This document shows, piece after piece, positions 13,204-26,609 of a stretch of 56,897 nucleotides of DNA. The DNA is from Tricharina praecox. Lineage: Eukaryota. The notes under the pieces are model-generated. The model was not told the origin of the DNA, searched no databases, and worked only from the letters and a program-made list of their open reading frames with translations. Position numbers and translations under genes: made by a program. Within the stretch, counting starts at the first letter, position 1; every line of letters starts with the position of its first letter. The stretch is from contig NW_026250424.1 in the NCBI RefSeq assembly GCF_024521635.1, forward strand, positions 620,001 to 676,897, written 5' to 3'.

Positions 13204-13318
13204 TGACTCATCTACGAGCGAAAACCATCTACCCCCGCCACCATCACCCCACCAATAACGCCGATCTGCAATGCACAATGATGCACGCGGCTTATAGTTC
13301 ACAATGCACAGCGAGTCA
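13204..13318. promoter_or_regulatory. Gcn4/CpcA sites upstream of LEU4: TGACTCA (13204-13210) and GAGTCA (13313-13318)
   Basis: Perfect TGACTCA plus a second TGACTC core on the minus strand, upstream of an amino-acid biosynthetic gene. Confidence 0.6.
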
Positions 13319-14126
13319 GCGACACGAGTACGGGCCGCTGGATATATGTAGAGTACTCTACACGGCCGTTATGATACAGCATTCGGACTTCCTTTCGTGA
13401 CCTCCAATTCTTCGCACTGCTGAACTGATGTTGCTGGTTTGTGTTTAATTCGCCAAATCCATCATATTATCCCCCCGCGAAGCAAACAGGAGTCTCTTCT
13501 TTGGTGGTGTATAGAGAAGCCAAGTTTCCTGGTCATAGATTTCGAATGAAACCTGTTAATTGAGATTATGTTAGCCAAGTACATAATACTCCGCTCAAAT
13601 AGACTCATGGGCAAGCTGACACCATTACCACACTTAATTAGCTGTGCGCATTTCTCGCAGCTGCTCATAGAGGGCATACTGAATACCCGAATGGAACTGA
13701 AATGTGAAGATTTTTTATGGGGAAAAGATGCGAAGACTTGTGGAATTTGTGCGGATAAGATATATGAATATATACTTTATTCATTGATCAGACACTGAAG
13801 TAGGAATGGTTACAGATGTAGGCGGCTGGGAATTCTCCATATCCGGTCACTCGGCATTGTGATTCAATCGAGTCAATCGATTATTGCAAGTTTCGGCAGG
13901 CCCGAGGTTGGTCTGAGGGCTTGAAGAAAGCCTTTTCAAAAGCTATGTGACCAAGAACCGCTCTGTAAGCTGACCGAAGTCAGTGTCTATAATCACTACT
14001 ATATACAAGAACCCCAAATGCGCCAGAGACTGAAATATGCCCAAACGACGACCCACGAAAATGCAGAATGATAGCAAACAATCCCGCCAATCACAGCGCC
14101 GTGAGCACGGCCGCCTGCTGCTCTGG

Positions 14127-15508
14127 CTAAATATCAACCAACTGTGGCGGCGGCTCCGACGGCGATGGAGTATGCTTCGCAGTGACACCCCGCTCGCTGA
14201 GTTTCTTCTTCCCTGTCCGACCCCTATTCGAGCCAGAGCCCCCAGCTGCCTTGGCCGTTTCTGATGTCTGCTGCGCCTTCTCAGTCGACTTCGAGACGAT
14301 TCGAGCGGACGTCTCTCCTGATTCTGTGCTACTTGGGGGAGGACTATATGCCACCCCGAAGAGCTTGCACATGGCTTCCATGGTCCTGCATTGCGTGACC
14401 TCGCTGTACATCTTGTTCTTCCCGGGAACAAGGTGCGAGAGACAAAACTTCGTGTTCGAAGTCCAATTTCCGATACTCACACAAGTCTTCAGAAACTCCT
14501 CTGCAACCTCCTGCCACGGCAATACACCCTCGCTGCGGAAGCAGGAAGGATTGGCCTCCGCCGCAGTGGCAATCATGCATCCATCAACACCAAATTCTTC
14601 GATGAGCTCTTCGGCGTGCGAACGTGACTTCACATCTCCATTGGCGTAGCACTGAACACCCGCCTCGTGACAGGTTTTGACGATTTCCCTTAACTGGTCT
14701 CTGATCGCTGCCTCTCGAGGCCGCATGGGCGTGGTCCGACAGTGGACTGTAACTCTGACGATGCCGGTGGCGCATAGCCGGCGTACTAGAGTGAGCGTCT
14801 CCTCCTGAGTATCGAGGATCCGGATTTTGACCGATACCGGCACGTTGTTCGGTTTTCCAACCTCTTTGACCAACGAAGTGAGGATGGCCACAAGCTTGTC
14901 CGGGTTCTTGAGAAGAGCCGCACCCATCCCAGAGTGAACACTGAAATGCTGCCCTCAATCAGCACTGGATTCGTGCCAGTGACTGGAGTTCATACCTTCG
15001 GGCAGCCAGCGTTCACATCGATTCCCGCCACATCATTCACCACGATTTTAGCACCCTCCACTGCCAGCTGTGGATCCGCCGTGCCGATTTGGAATATCAA
15101 CTTGTCCTTTTCCAGTTCTGCGTGCGTTCGGAATACCACTCGGTCCTCTCCGGTACCGTTGTTGGTGCGCTTGACGAAATCGATCGTGCCGAAGTGAGGG
15201 TTGGCGACTCTCGTGCAGCCGATAATGCCCTTATCAACAGTCTCCGGGCCTGCGCAAAGCAAAGATTAGAGGAAGCGACACATGGGAGGTCGGAGCTCAT
15301 TGTACATACCCCATACAGCATCGGCGCCATACTTTAAAGACAGCAGTCGAGTTGGCAGCTCTCCCGTCCTAACCATAGGCGCGAGAACGCATTTCCCCAC
15401 AAATCCTGGATGAGCCATGGTAGAGAGTGCTTCGGTCGTTCGGGCCACAGTCGTGAAACTACGTGATGGTCGTGCTTGGACGAGAAGCTTCAGTGGGGCC
15501 AAACGCAT
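14127..15508 (-). CDS. DUS2: tRNA-dihydrouridine(20) synthase, 3 exons; second in-frame ATG at 15418
   Basis: VLAPMVRTGELPTRLLSLKYGA, FQIGTA, GIDVNAGCPK, GMGAALL, VSVKIR, TVHCRT, ANGDV, IATAAEANPS. Confidence 0.92.
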
Positions 15509-15670
15509 CGATTTAAAGTGAGTAATGCTAGGAGCATGCGAGACGTGAGGCGTGGAGGCTGCGAACATAAACTTTTTTTAGCGCGTGTGGCTGTGCCAAG
15601 CCGCCAGGAAAGCAGACTCACAAAGCTTGAACTTCTTCACCGAGCTGCCACAAGCACATTACAGCACTTC

Positions 15671-16996
15671 ATGGCGGACCTAGAGAGCGACGACGTGCGG
15701 GTGGTCCAGAATTCGCAGGATGTGGATATCTCCGACGAGACTCAAGACTTCCGCTTCTTGAGTATTTTCAGCAAGTGCGTCCTGCAACCCCGAAGTCGTT
15801 GGTAGACATGGACTGACTTTCGTTCCAGACCTTCAGACCATGCAGCGATTCCTAAGCGTGGTGAAAAAGACTTTGAGCCCAATGGAACTGATCTCCAAGA
15901 TCAGGTCCTTGCGGAGTCTCGACAGGCGATGCACGATGCTTTGCGTGGAGAGCGGAAACACAGTGTCAAGACGCACGTCGAAGGAATTTGGAGACCGGAC
16001 AAGCAGTTGACTGAAGTGATCCTTGCGAAAGGACCGCACTTCAAGTCAGTCGGAAAGGCGGATAGCGGGGGCGTGCTATGGTTGCTGCCTGAAGAGACGA
16101 TATACATGGTCGAGCGTGGAAGCATGGAGTGTTGGTGGGAGGAAGGCGTGCCAATGAGCGTACAAGGCGCTTATGCCACCTGTCTTGAGGGCTGTGGTGG
16201 TCTGGAGAGATATCAGGTGTACGCCTACTTGAAGAGAGCGGGATATATCCTCAATCGAGCTCCAACATTCTTAGATGACGGTATGTCCGAGCCAATCGCG
16301 CCCCCCTCCCCCGACGGAACTGTCTAATAATCGACAGAAGAGACGGAAAATGCGCAGGGGAGGGAGATAATGACCATAAGAGCATCCACCGCTGGAAGAC
16401 CTGGCATATTCGCCCAAATATACAACATATACAACGCTTTCTTTGGCCCACAGCCGTCTGGTCCCCTGGTATCACGATGCGTTCACCGCACATATGAGTC
16501 TATCTACCGGAATCTAGCTTTAATACCCTCTCATCATCCCCCGCACCAGGCAATTCCCTTGAATAGCAGTGACGCACGTCTGCCGTACCGCATCGCATAC
16601 CATGTATGGAAGCCGCAGCCAAACTTCAAGAAGAGCGACCCTCCACCACCGGACTTCCGTATTGCGGTGGTCAACGCCAGAGACATGGGAGTTCCCACGT
16701 TGGCACAGCTGTCTGCGCTGTTTAACTCTGTGCCGATCGATTCCAGTGCCGCGGGCAAGAACATGTTTCAGAAGCTGAAGGATGGCCACAGAAATGTCAT
16801 CCTAGCGGTTGTGGACGCGGGTGTGACCAGTTTTCTCAAATTTGGGGATGTGGGATTTGCAGATGAACCTTTATACATGAGGAAGCCGGCAGGGAGGGGA
16901 GGAAAGGGCGGACGCGGAGGACGAGGTGGCGGAAGAGGTGGCCAGGGCGGAAGAGGAAGAGGCGGGCAGGGTGGGAGGGGGCGGGGCAGAGGTTAA
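15671..16996 (+). CDS. SEN54: tRNA-splicing endonuclease subunit Sen54 with C-terminal RGG tail, probably 3 exons
   Basis: DETQDFRFL, IPKRGEKDFEP, KGPHFKSVG, WLLPEETIYMVERGSM, YQVYAYLKRAGY, FKKSDPPPPDFRIAVV, LAVVDAGVTSF. Confidence 0.92.
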
Positions 16997-17464
16997 CTCT
17001 GCACGAGACTGGCTGTATGTTCATCGCCAGCATAAGTTGCTCGGTTTGGGGGCAGTGGTAACCAAATGAAATCATCTTTTTCCATCAAGTCTTGCCTGAG
17101 AATTGCCGTCTATGATCTTCACAGTTTACAATAATCCGACGAGATTCCTTCTATTGCCTTTGTCCGATATTAGCATATACTGAACGATATAGCAAACGGC
17201 ATACTTATCGCCTAGATCGGGCGACTCTCACTGAATTCGCTTCTTGGATCCTCAGCTTCCGATGCAACCTCAACAACTATTTGAGTTCTGGCTGACTGGA
17301 GTGATGACGCTCATGATCGGCTGTCCGGTCTGTTTTTTGTTGGAACGATTGACACCCCCACTTGTATCCGTTTTACTTTCGCATGTTGCACGGCATTCCC
17401 CTTACGGCTTGATGCCCGCTACCCACATTATCAACTGCATTCGCTTGCTCTAAATATCCCCACC

Positions 17465-19006
17465 ATGATATACAAATCACTTTGCCTTCTGGTATTAGTA
17501 TCTCAACTGAAGAATGCTTTTGGGCATGAGCTCGATGTCAACAATCCAGGTAGGGCTTCCCCACATCTACTATCCAAGTATACCACTTACCTTGTACTCG
17601 ACGGCAGAATCCGTTCAGAATGTCGCCCAGAAGGTCGCCTACAAGATGATGCAGTTCTATCCTGGGAACCAGACCAACGGTATCCCAGGGCTATTTGGGG
17701 ATCCGTATTATTGGTGGGAAGCGGGTGCTGCTTTTGGGGTTTGACTCCAGTATCCCCGAGGTTCCTCTCACACGCTTGCACCCTACTGATGGATATTGGG
17801 TGTAGGCGTTGATCGATTACTGGTTCTACACGGGGGACGAAGGATACGTCCCATGCACCATGGAAGCGATGCTCCACCAAGTCGGACCTGACGAGAATTA
17901 CATGCCACCGAATCAATCCAAATCTCTCGGGAACGACGACCAAGCCTTCTGGGCTCTTTCGGCGATGTCTGCGGCAGAAAAGAAGTTTCCAGATCCCCCA
18001 GCCGATCAGCCTCAGTGGCTGGCCCTGGCACAGGCTGTGTTCAATACCCAGGCCGCAAGATGGGACGAGGAATACTGTGGTGGTGGTCTCCGGTGGCAGA
18101 TCTACACGTTTAATAAAGGCTACCACTACAAGAATACGGTATCGAACGGCGCATTCTTCTTGCTAGCTTCACGGTTGGCGAGGTACACCGGCAACTCCAC
18201 CTACATGGATTGGGCTGTGAGGACCTGGGACTGGACTAGCCAAGTCGGACTGATGACGGATACTTACAAGTTCTACGACGGATACGATATCAACGACCAG
18301 TGTACAAAGGTCGATTCGATCCAGTGGACATACAATGCAGGCCTATACCTAGCAGGGGCTGCATTCATCTACAATTTTGTACGTACCTCACCGCCTCCCC
18401 CACCCCTTCCCACAGCGCAATCATCGTAACTGGATTTTATATCAGACCAATGGTGATCCCTTATGGGAGCAGCGTGTCGACGGGATCATGCGAATGACCA
18501 GGATCTTTTTTATCAACGACGTGATGGCTGAGATGGCCTGCGAGCCGTACATGACGTGCAACGTCGACCAACGCAGCTTCAAAGCGTATCTCTCCCGGTT
18601 CCTAGCTCTTACCGTCAAGATGGCGCCGTTCACAGCTGAATACATCATGCCGAAGCTTCAAGCCTCAGCCAAGGCTGCCGCACAGTTCTGCTCATGGGGT
18701 GACGATCAGAATACGTGCGGAATGAGGTGGACCGAGAACCAATGGGAGGGGCTGTGGGGCGTGGGCGAACAGCTCAGCGCCCTCGAGACTATACAGAGCA
18801 ATTTGGTATTGCACTCAAGGGAGTTGGTGACTGAGAAGGTGGGAGGCACGAGTAAAGGGAATCCCGGGGCTGGTGGCAGTGGCGCTATCATCGAGGAAAC
18901 GAGGATGGATATCACGGCGAAAGATAGAGGCGGAGCAGCGGCTGTGACGATAATCGCTGTTATTGGGTTCCTGGTGTTTGGGTGGTTCATTGGGTGGAGT
19001 GACTGA
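17465..19006 (+). CDS. DCW1: GH76 GPI-anchored mannan endo-1,6-alpha-mannosidase (Dcw1/Dfg5 family), 4 exons
   Basis: Signal peptide, [18 protein letters not shown] catalytic motif, [32 protein letters not shown], hydrophobic C-terminus; DCW1 vs DFG5 not resolvable. Confidence 0.9.
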
Positions 19007-19556
19007 ACCGGCTGTCGGAACGAATTTTGCCTGTCTGATTTGATCAGATAGAGGAATTTCACATCGTAGGTAAAATATGGTGGCCGTTGTGTATGTTCAA
19101 GATGTTTTTGGTAATGAACGGCGTTTGTTATCGAATGGCGGGAATTGATAGGAATCGCATGCACAAACTACATAGTTAGTATCAACACCTAAGGAAACAT
19201 GTGTCACGCTTGACTTCATCAATGGCATTTCCATGTTAGCATCTAGTAAAGACATATCAAGCGAGCGTGAGGTATCGACGTGTTCTCTCGAAGAGTTGTA
19301 GCAGTCACGAATGCTGACTCGGGCAGAGTTAACTTTAGAGATTATTGACCAAATCACGTGCCGCGGTAGCATTGCGTACTTCTGGAAGCAGCGTCGTCAA
19401 CCCTTCCCAATTAAAAGTGTCGTCGAGCGAAGCACCACACGTCGAAGCGGGAACATCTCAAAAACAGCACAACCAACGACTCTAAACCCGCACCTAGATA
19501 ACTCCACGAATCTGGGCCTTGGAACACTTCCGGAGCCTACTGTCTTGTCGCCAGGA

Positions 19557-22500
19557 ATGGCTGAGGAACACAGTCCCGAATCGATGTCCGATCAGGCCAG
19601 CGTAACAGTTACAGAGCAAGCTGAAGCCCCTGTGTCGCCGCCATCGCCGCCGGAAGAAACGAATGATGAAGCGTCTACCTTGCAGAAGAGCGACGAGAAA
19701 GTGAAAGAGGAAGTGAAAGAAGAAGCGGAGAACGAGGTGAAAGAAACGGAGAAAGAGGTGAAAGAAGACGAAGAAGCTCGGGAGGACACCGCGCCCGAAC
19801 CGGAGGTACAGCTAAATGGAGGGGAAACCGAAGCTGAAGCTCTCACCACTGCAACGCTGGAAGAGCCAGCTAAAGCTGAAGTTTCATCTCCCGAACAGAA
19901 TGACGCCCCAACCCCGATGCCAACAATATCGCTACCTCAAGAATCCGAAACCGAACCCGCGTCGGATGCCGACAGCACACAATACGCTAAGACACCGTCG
20001 GATTCCTCTCGACCTTCGTCGCTCCATAGTCACCAGGACCGAGATCTACCCCAGTTACCTGAGCCACCTGCCAGCCCCATAACCCAGGGGATCCCGCTAC
20101 CAATAGGTGACAGTGGTCGTCCCGCCGAGTTGTCGCCTAGTCGTACCCCGGAACCTCCGGTAACACCGACCCGAACTTCCTCGAGGAATGCACCTACCAC
20201 TGCCAACCCTCAGAACCGACGGGTTACCTCCGAATCGCTTGCGCAAAACAACGCGGCGGGACAGGTTACAATATCTTCTATGGTATTCGTGGTCCAGGCA
20301 TTGGAAACCATTGGCTCGTCAAAGGACTCTAGGAAGCGCAAGCAGCTGTCGGATGCTGTGCAGAAGGCTGTCGATGCCATCAGGGAGACTGCTCCAGAGC
20401 CTCCAACCGATCCCAATGTTGTTTTCGAGCCGCTGCGACTGGCCTGCAAAACTGGAAACTCCCAACTGGCCACCACCGCGTTGGATTGCATTGGGAAGCT
20501 CATCAGCTATTCCTACTTCTCGGTCATTCCGCTTCATCCGGAGGACACCAAGGAGCAAGAGCCACAGCCGTTGATTGAGAGAGCTATCGAAACTATCTGC
20601 GAATGCTTCCAGGGAGACAGTTGTCCGGATATGGTTCAGCTACAGATCGTCAAAGCACTTTTGGCGGCGGTGCTAAATGATAAGGTCGTGGTTCACGGTG
20701 CCGGACTGTTGAAGGCCATCCGACAGACATATAACATATTTCTACTTTCTCGGAACAGCGCCAATCAACAGACCGCGCAGGGGACGTTGACTCAGATGGT
20801 GCATACGGTCTTCGAGCGCGTCAAGACCCGGCTGGCAGCAAAGGAAGACTATCTCGGCAAAATGAAGAATGAGAGTACTTCAGCGTTGAGCGTTCATATA
20901 CCTCCTACGGATAACAGCTCTCTCAGCTCTAAGGAGGAGCCTGCGGCTGCCCTGCCCATTCCGGACGTTGGACACGAGCGTATCACTCTACAGAGTTTCG
21001 AAAACCGCAAGAGTTTTGACGACGAAAGAATCACGGACGCGGCCCCCACTACCGTGAACCGTGCCCCTCGGAAATCGCATCCCCGGCCATCTTCAGACGG
21101 TGCATCAGAATCGGCAGAGAGCACTCAAGAAGATGAGGACGAGGTGTATATCAAGGACGCTTTCCTGGTATTCCGAGCTATGTGTAAACTTTCAATCAAG
21201 ACCCTTCCGGCGGAGCAGATTGCGGATTTGAAGTCGCATGGCATGAGGAGTAAACTGTTGAGCTTGCACTTGATTCATGTGATTATGCTGAACCATATGG
21301 ATGTTTTCGTATCCCCTCAATCCACGATCAAGAGTTCGAGCGGCGGTGAGCCAACGGGCTTTATACACGCCGTAAAGCAATATCTTTGCCTGGCTCTTAG
21401 CAGGAACGCAGCTAGTGCAGTGGGCCATGTTTTCGACGTCTGTTGTGAGATATTCTGGCTTATTCTGAGCAACATGCGAGTGATGCTGAAGGTTTGACCT
21501 CTCTTCTGTGGGCAGAGATATCGCGCGGTGGCTTATCTTATATCTGCACAACAGAAGGAGATCGAGGTCTTTTTGAAGGAGATCTACCTCACCATATTGG
21601 AGAACCGTCACTCGAGCGTACAGCAGAAGACATATCTCCTGAACGTGCTGGAGAGGCTTTGCTCGGACCCCAGAGCGTTGGTGGAAATTTACCTCAATTA
21701 CGACTGCGATGGCTCTGCTCTGGATAATATGTTTCAAAGGTACGCCTTCCATTATGGAGAGAATTGTGTGCATGAATTGACGCTAGAGCAGGATCATCGA
21801 GCACCTTGCGAGAATTGCGACCAGCCACGTCCCAATCACAGACGTACAACTCAATCACTATGTCGAGCAGATGCAAAAGGCAAAAGCTACTACCCACCGA
21901 GGGCCATCGGGTCTGCCCCCATCGCTTTCCACGGCTTCCATTGGCGCTCCAGTCGTGCCAACCGAGCCCACATTCCCCCCCGAGTTCCCGCTCAAGAAGC
22001 AGTCCCTTGACTGTTTGGTCAATGTGCTACAATCGATGGTGGATTGGTCACAAAAGGCACTGGTAGACTCCCTGCAACACTCAGTAGATATGGAGGACGG
22101 CGGCCGGGAATCATTAGAAGCACACTCGACTCCACGGATGTCGGCGGTGGTGACACCTATCGCGACTACGCCCCACGCGGAGTTTTCTGGCGACCTCAAT
22201 GGTTCTTTCGATGACCCCAACCAACTCGAGAAGGCAAAACAACGAAAGACCGCCTTGATGGAAGCCATTCGGTTGTTCAACTTCAAGCCGAAGCGTGGAA
22301 TCAAAGCCTTTGTCGATAACGGTTTCATCAAAAGTTCTTCACCAGAAGACATTGCCGAGTTCCTCCTTCGAGGACCAGCCGGGCTCGATAAGGCAATGAT
22401 TGGGGAGTATCTCGGCGAGGGCCAACCACACAACATCGCTGCGATGCATTCGTTCGTTGATCTTATGGATTTCACACGGATGCGATTTGTTGATGCTCTC

Positions 22501-25500
22501 CGACGCTTTCTACAGAGCTTCAGGCTGCCCGGAGAGGCCCAGAAGATTGATCGTTTTATGTTGAAGTTCGCAGAACGATACATCTCTGGAAACCCTAATG
22601 CCTACGCGAATGCTGATACAGCATACGTTTTAGCGTACTCCGTTATCATGCTTAATACCGATCAGCACAGCATCAAGCTGAAGGGTAAGGGGCGAATGAC
22701 AAAGGAGGACTTCATCAAGAACAACCGCGGTATCAACGACAATGCCGACTTGCCGGACGAATATCTTGGGAGCATCTATGATGAAATCCGGACAAACGAG
22801 ATCATTTTGGAGGGGGAGAGAGATGCCTCAAAGATAGACCTGACACAGCACCCGTCTGGGGGTATTGTGGAGGGAATCGGAAGGGTCATTTACAACGCCG
22901 GCCGAGACTTGGAGAGAGAAGCGTATGTGATCGCGAGTAATGAGATGGCCATCAAGACCGAGCAATTGTTCAAGAGTCTTCTTAAAGCTCAGCGGCGAGG
23001 AGCCTCCCAGCCAGCTCTGCCTAGGTACATCTCTGCCTCATCTTCCAGGCATGTTGGGCCTATGTTCGAAGTTACCTGGATGTCTTTCCTCTCCGCGCTC
23101 TCCGGCGCCGCTCAAGAGTCGAACGATGTCGCAACGATCCGGCAATGCATGGAAGGATTTAGGCTAGCTATCAGGATCGCATGTTTCTTTGAGCTGGAGA
23201 CCTGTAGGATCGCCTTCGTTTCTGCATTGGCCAAGTTCACACATCTCAACAATCTCAGCGAAATGAAGGCCAAGAACGTAGAGGCACTCAAGGCCCTTCT
23301 CGATGTCGCACAGACGGAGGGGAACATGTTGAAGTCCTCTTGGCGAGACGTGTTGACCTGCATCAGCCAGCTTGAGAGGTTCCAGCTGATCAGTGGAGGT
23401 GTCGACGAGGGGGCATTGCCGGATGTGACACAGGGCCGGATCGTCTATTCCGATGATGCCAGCTCCAGGCCTCGACCGTCGATTTCCTCACAGCGACCGG
23501 CGTCCGTACGGTCTCGGGGTAGAGCACAGAGTCACTACACTGCTTATGCAGCGGAGGTCGCCGAAGAGTCACGATCCCAAGAGGTGGTCAATGCCGTTGA
23601 CCGCATATTCTTCAATACGAGTAAACTCGATGGAACCGCTATAGTGAGCTTCGTGGAGGCCCTGAGCGAGGTTTCGTGGCAGGAGATCCAGAGTTCCGGA
23701 CAGAGTGAGCATCCAAGAATGTTCAGTCTGCAGAAGCTTGTGGAGATCAGTTACCACAACATGGGCCGTATTAGAGTGGAATGGAGCAGCATTTGGGCTA
23801 TTCTGGGCGAACATTTCAATCAGGTTCGTTCCTTCTTCTGGGCGGTTGCATGGTAGCACCGGATACTGACAAGATGAAGGTTGGATGTCATCCGAATACT
23901 CATATTGTGTTCTTTGCGTTGGATTCCCTGAGGCAACTTTCGATGCAGTTCCTGGAAAAGCCCGAATTACCGCACTTCAAGTTTCAAAAGGATTTCTTAC
24001 GGCCATTCGAGCATGTCATGACTAATTCCACCGTTGTTCCCGTCAAAGACATGGTCCTGAGCTGCCTGCACCAGATGCTACAAGCAAGAGGAGACAATAT
24101 TCGATCCGGCTGGGGGACAATGTTCGGCGTCTTCACCACTGCAGCCAAGGAAACCTACCGTAAGCGCACACCTCTCCTGTTCACGAGCTTTGGGGCTAAT
24201 TAGAGTAGCTTCGATTGTGAACCAGGCCTTCGACAGCGTTAAGAAGATCTATCGTGACCGGTTCGGTGTGATTGTTCAGCAAGGGACATTCCCGGACATG
24301 ATCATATGCTTGACGCAGTTCGCAAAGAATCAGCGGTTCCAAAAGATCTCGCTGCAAGCTATCGAGACACTGAAGGGGACGGTCCCTGTCATGTTGGCTT
24401 GTCCCGAGTGTCCGCTATCACAGGCAGAACCTGATTCGGCCCCGGCTCGGACAGTTAATGATGATCCCATGGTGAAGTTTTGGTTCCCGGTTCTGTTTGC
24501 ATTCCATGATATTCTCATGACTGGGGAAGACCTGGAGGCTCGTACAAGGTACTATCAACATCCTATGATATTCGTGGTCTTGCTGACTTTGTAGGGCTCT
24601 GGGCTATCTCTTCGATACTTTAGTGCGACATGGGGGCGATTTCCCCTCGGATTTCTGGGACACCGTTTGCCACGAGCTCCTGTTTCCAATCTTCTTGGTC
24701 CTGAAGTCGCGATCAGAGATGGTGCAGTTCAATTCGCAGGAACAGGTCGGTCTGTGGTTATCGACCACGATGATTCAAGCTCTTCGGAACCTCATCGCTC
24801 TCCTCACGCATTTCTTTGAGCTGCTCGAACGTATGCTTGAGGATTTCCTGGAACTTCTTGTCACCTGCATCTGCCAAGAGAATGACACCATAGCCCGGAT
24901 CGGTTCCTCCTGTCTGCAACAGTTGATCTTGCAGTGTGTACACAAGCTGAAGCCTGAACATTGGAGTAAGATTGTGACGGCATTCGTGCAGCTGTTTGAG
25001 ACCACTACTGCCAACCAACTCTTTTCTGCTATACCTACGGGTAGCAGGTCGGCGAGCGGGGGCGCTGGTGTTTCGCCGTCGGGCGGCCCCGTAATCGGCA
25101 GTATCACCGAGACCATGGCTGACGAGGACGAGGAGGACAACTCCTTGGCAATTGGCGGACTTTCATCCGGGAATGCGGATGAAGAGGACGAGGGGCTCCA
25201 CGAGGGTGAAGAAGCAATGCGAAGCCCCGTTACGGCCGAGCTAGAAGACTACAAGCCGCAACAACTACCGCAGCAGCCAGTCGTAACGGCGGCCAGGCGC
25301 CGTTTCTTCAACAAGATCATCACGAAATGTGTGTTGCAACTCCTCATGATCGAGACGGTGTCGGAGCTTTTCCAGAACGATCAGGTTTACAATGAGATTC
25401 CGTCTGCGGAGTTGTTGAGGCTCATGGCGCTGCTGAAGAAGAGTTTCTCTTTTGCAAGGAAGTTCAATAGTGATAAGGAGCTGAGGATGAAGCTGTGGAG

Positions 25501-26051
25501 AGAGGGCTTCATGAGGCAGCCACCCAATCTGCTCAAGCAAGAGAGTGGCAGTGCTTCCACGTACGTCAGCATCTTATTGCGTATGTACCACGATGAGAAA
25601 CCGGAGCGGAGACAGAGCAAGGCTGCTATCGAAGATGCGTTGATTCCGTAAGTCTTCATCCACATCATTCCCAGTATAAAATATGCTGACTGACATCTCC
25701 AGGCTATGTGTCGACATCATCCGCGGCTTCGTAGTCCTCGACGAAGAGACACAGCAGCGCAACATCCTCGCCTGGCGTCCTGTGGTGGTTGATGTTCTGG
25801 ACGGCTACATCAACTTCCCTGAAGCGGACTTCAGCCGGCACGTTGAGACCTTCTATCCCCTAGCCGTAGAACTTCTTTGTCGCGAGCTCGGCCCAGACAC
25901 CCGGATCGCTCTACAGAACCTTCTCCGACGAATCGGTGAGGTCCGCGGGCTCGGTGTGATGGCGCGTGGGCGCGGCGCCAGACGTGGTAGTGAGCTTTCC
26001 ATGCGTAATGGTGGTGCTAGGCTGAGCAGGCTTTCGCATGCTCAGGGTTAG
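19557..26051 (+). CDS. SEC7: Large Golgi Arf-GEF Sec7 (BIG type), 7 exons
   Basis: DCB/HUS regions (ALDCIGKLISY, RSKLLSL, YLNYDCD), Sec7 domain FRLPGEAQKIDRFM, HDS region FSLQKLVEISY, LLKQES. Confidence 0.96.
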
Positions 26052-26609
26052 ACAGCTGGGGCTATGGATTGAGTGATACCTTTTCGTCATTTTCTAGAGA
26101 AAAGCGGTGGTTGTGATTTCTTTACGTGATTTCTTTGTTCTGGCGGATATGTTTTTCATTACTTACTGCCTTTTAAATGGTGAGATCGAGGGGAGATTTC
26201 GATTCTGGATTGGTTGGGCTTTTTTTTTCTTCTGTTCTGTTGTTCCGTCCGCTGAATTGCTTTCATATACTCGGTCCTCTGGCATTGAAATGTAGCACGA
26301 TTTGATGTACTGTATTCACTTTTGTACGTAGGAATGATTACACATTTGTTATGATACCTATCTCTAGGTGATTTGGCCATGGATGTCCAGGCTCCGTCCG
26401 TCTCATGGTGGACGCACCGATGATATCTCATGATCATGAGGATACTCTATAGCTAAAATTTAGACGATCTATTCGAAGCACGTAGCCAAACTTTGACCAC
26501 AGGCCACACTCTTCAGATACGCATAAATACCATCTACAGCTCCCTACCGCCTCAGTCCCTTCCCACCCTTCCCATCCCTCCCCCTCACTTCCGTCCGTCC
26601 GTATCCACA

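Noticed and set aside
13420..13940. AT-rich stretch between LEU4 and DUS2 as a possible TE remnant
   Set aside because: No TIR, TSD or recognisable coding motif found
19311..19556. N-terminal extension of the SEC7 ORF from ATG 19311
   Set aside because: Reads like promoter/5' UTR sequence; ATG 19557 begins the acidic disordered N-terminus typical of Sec7
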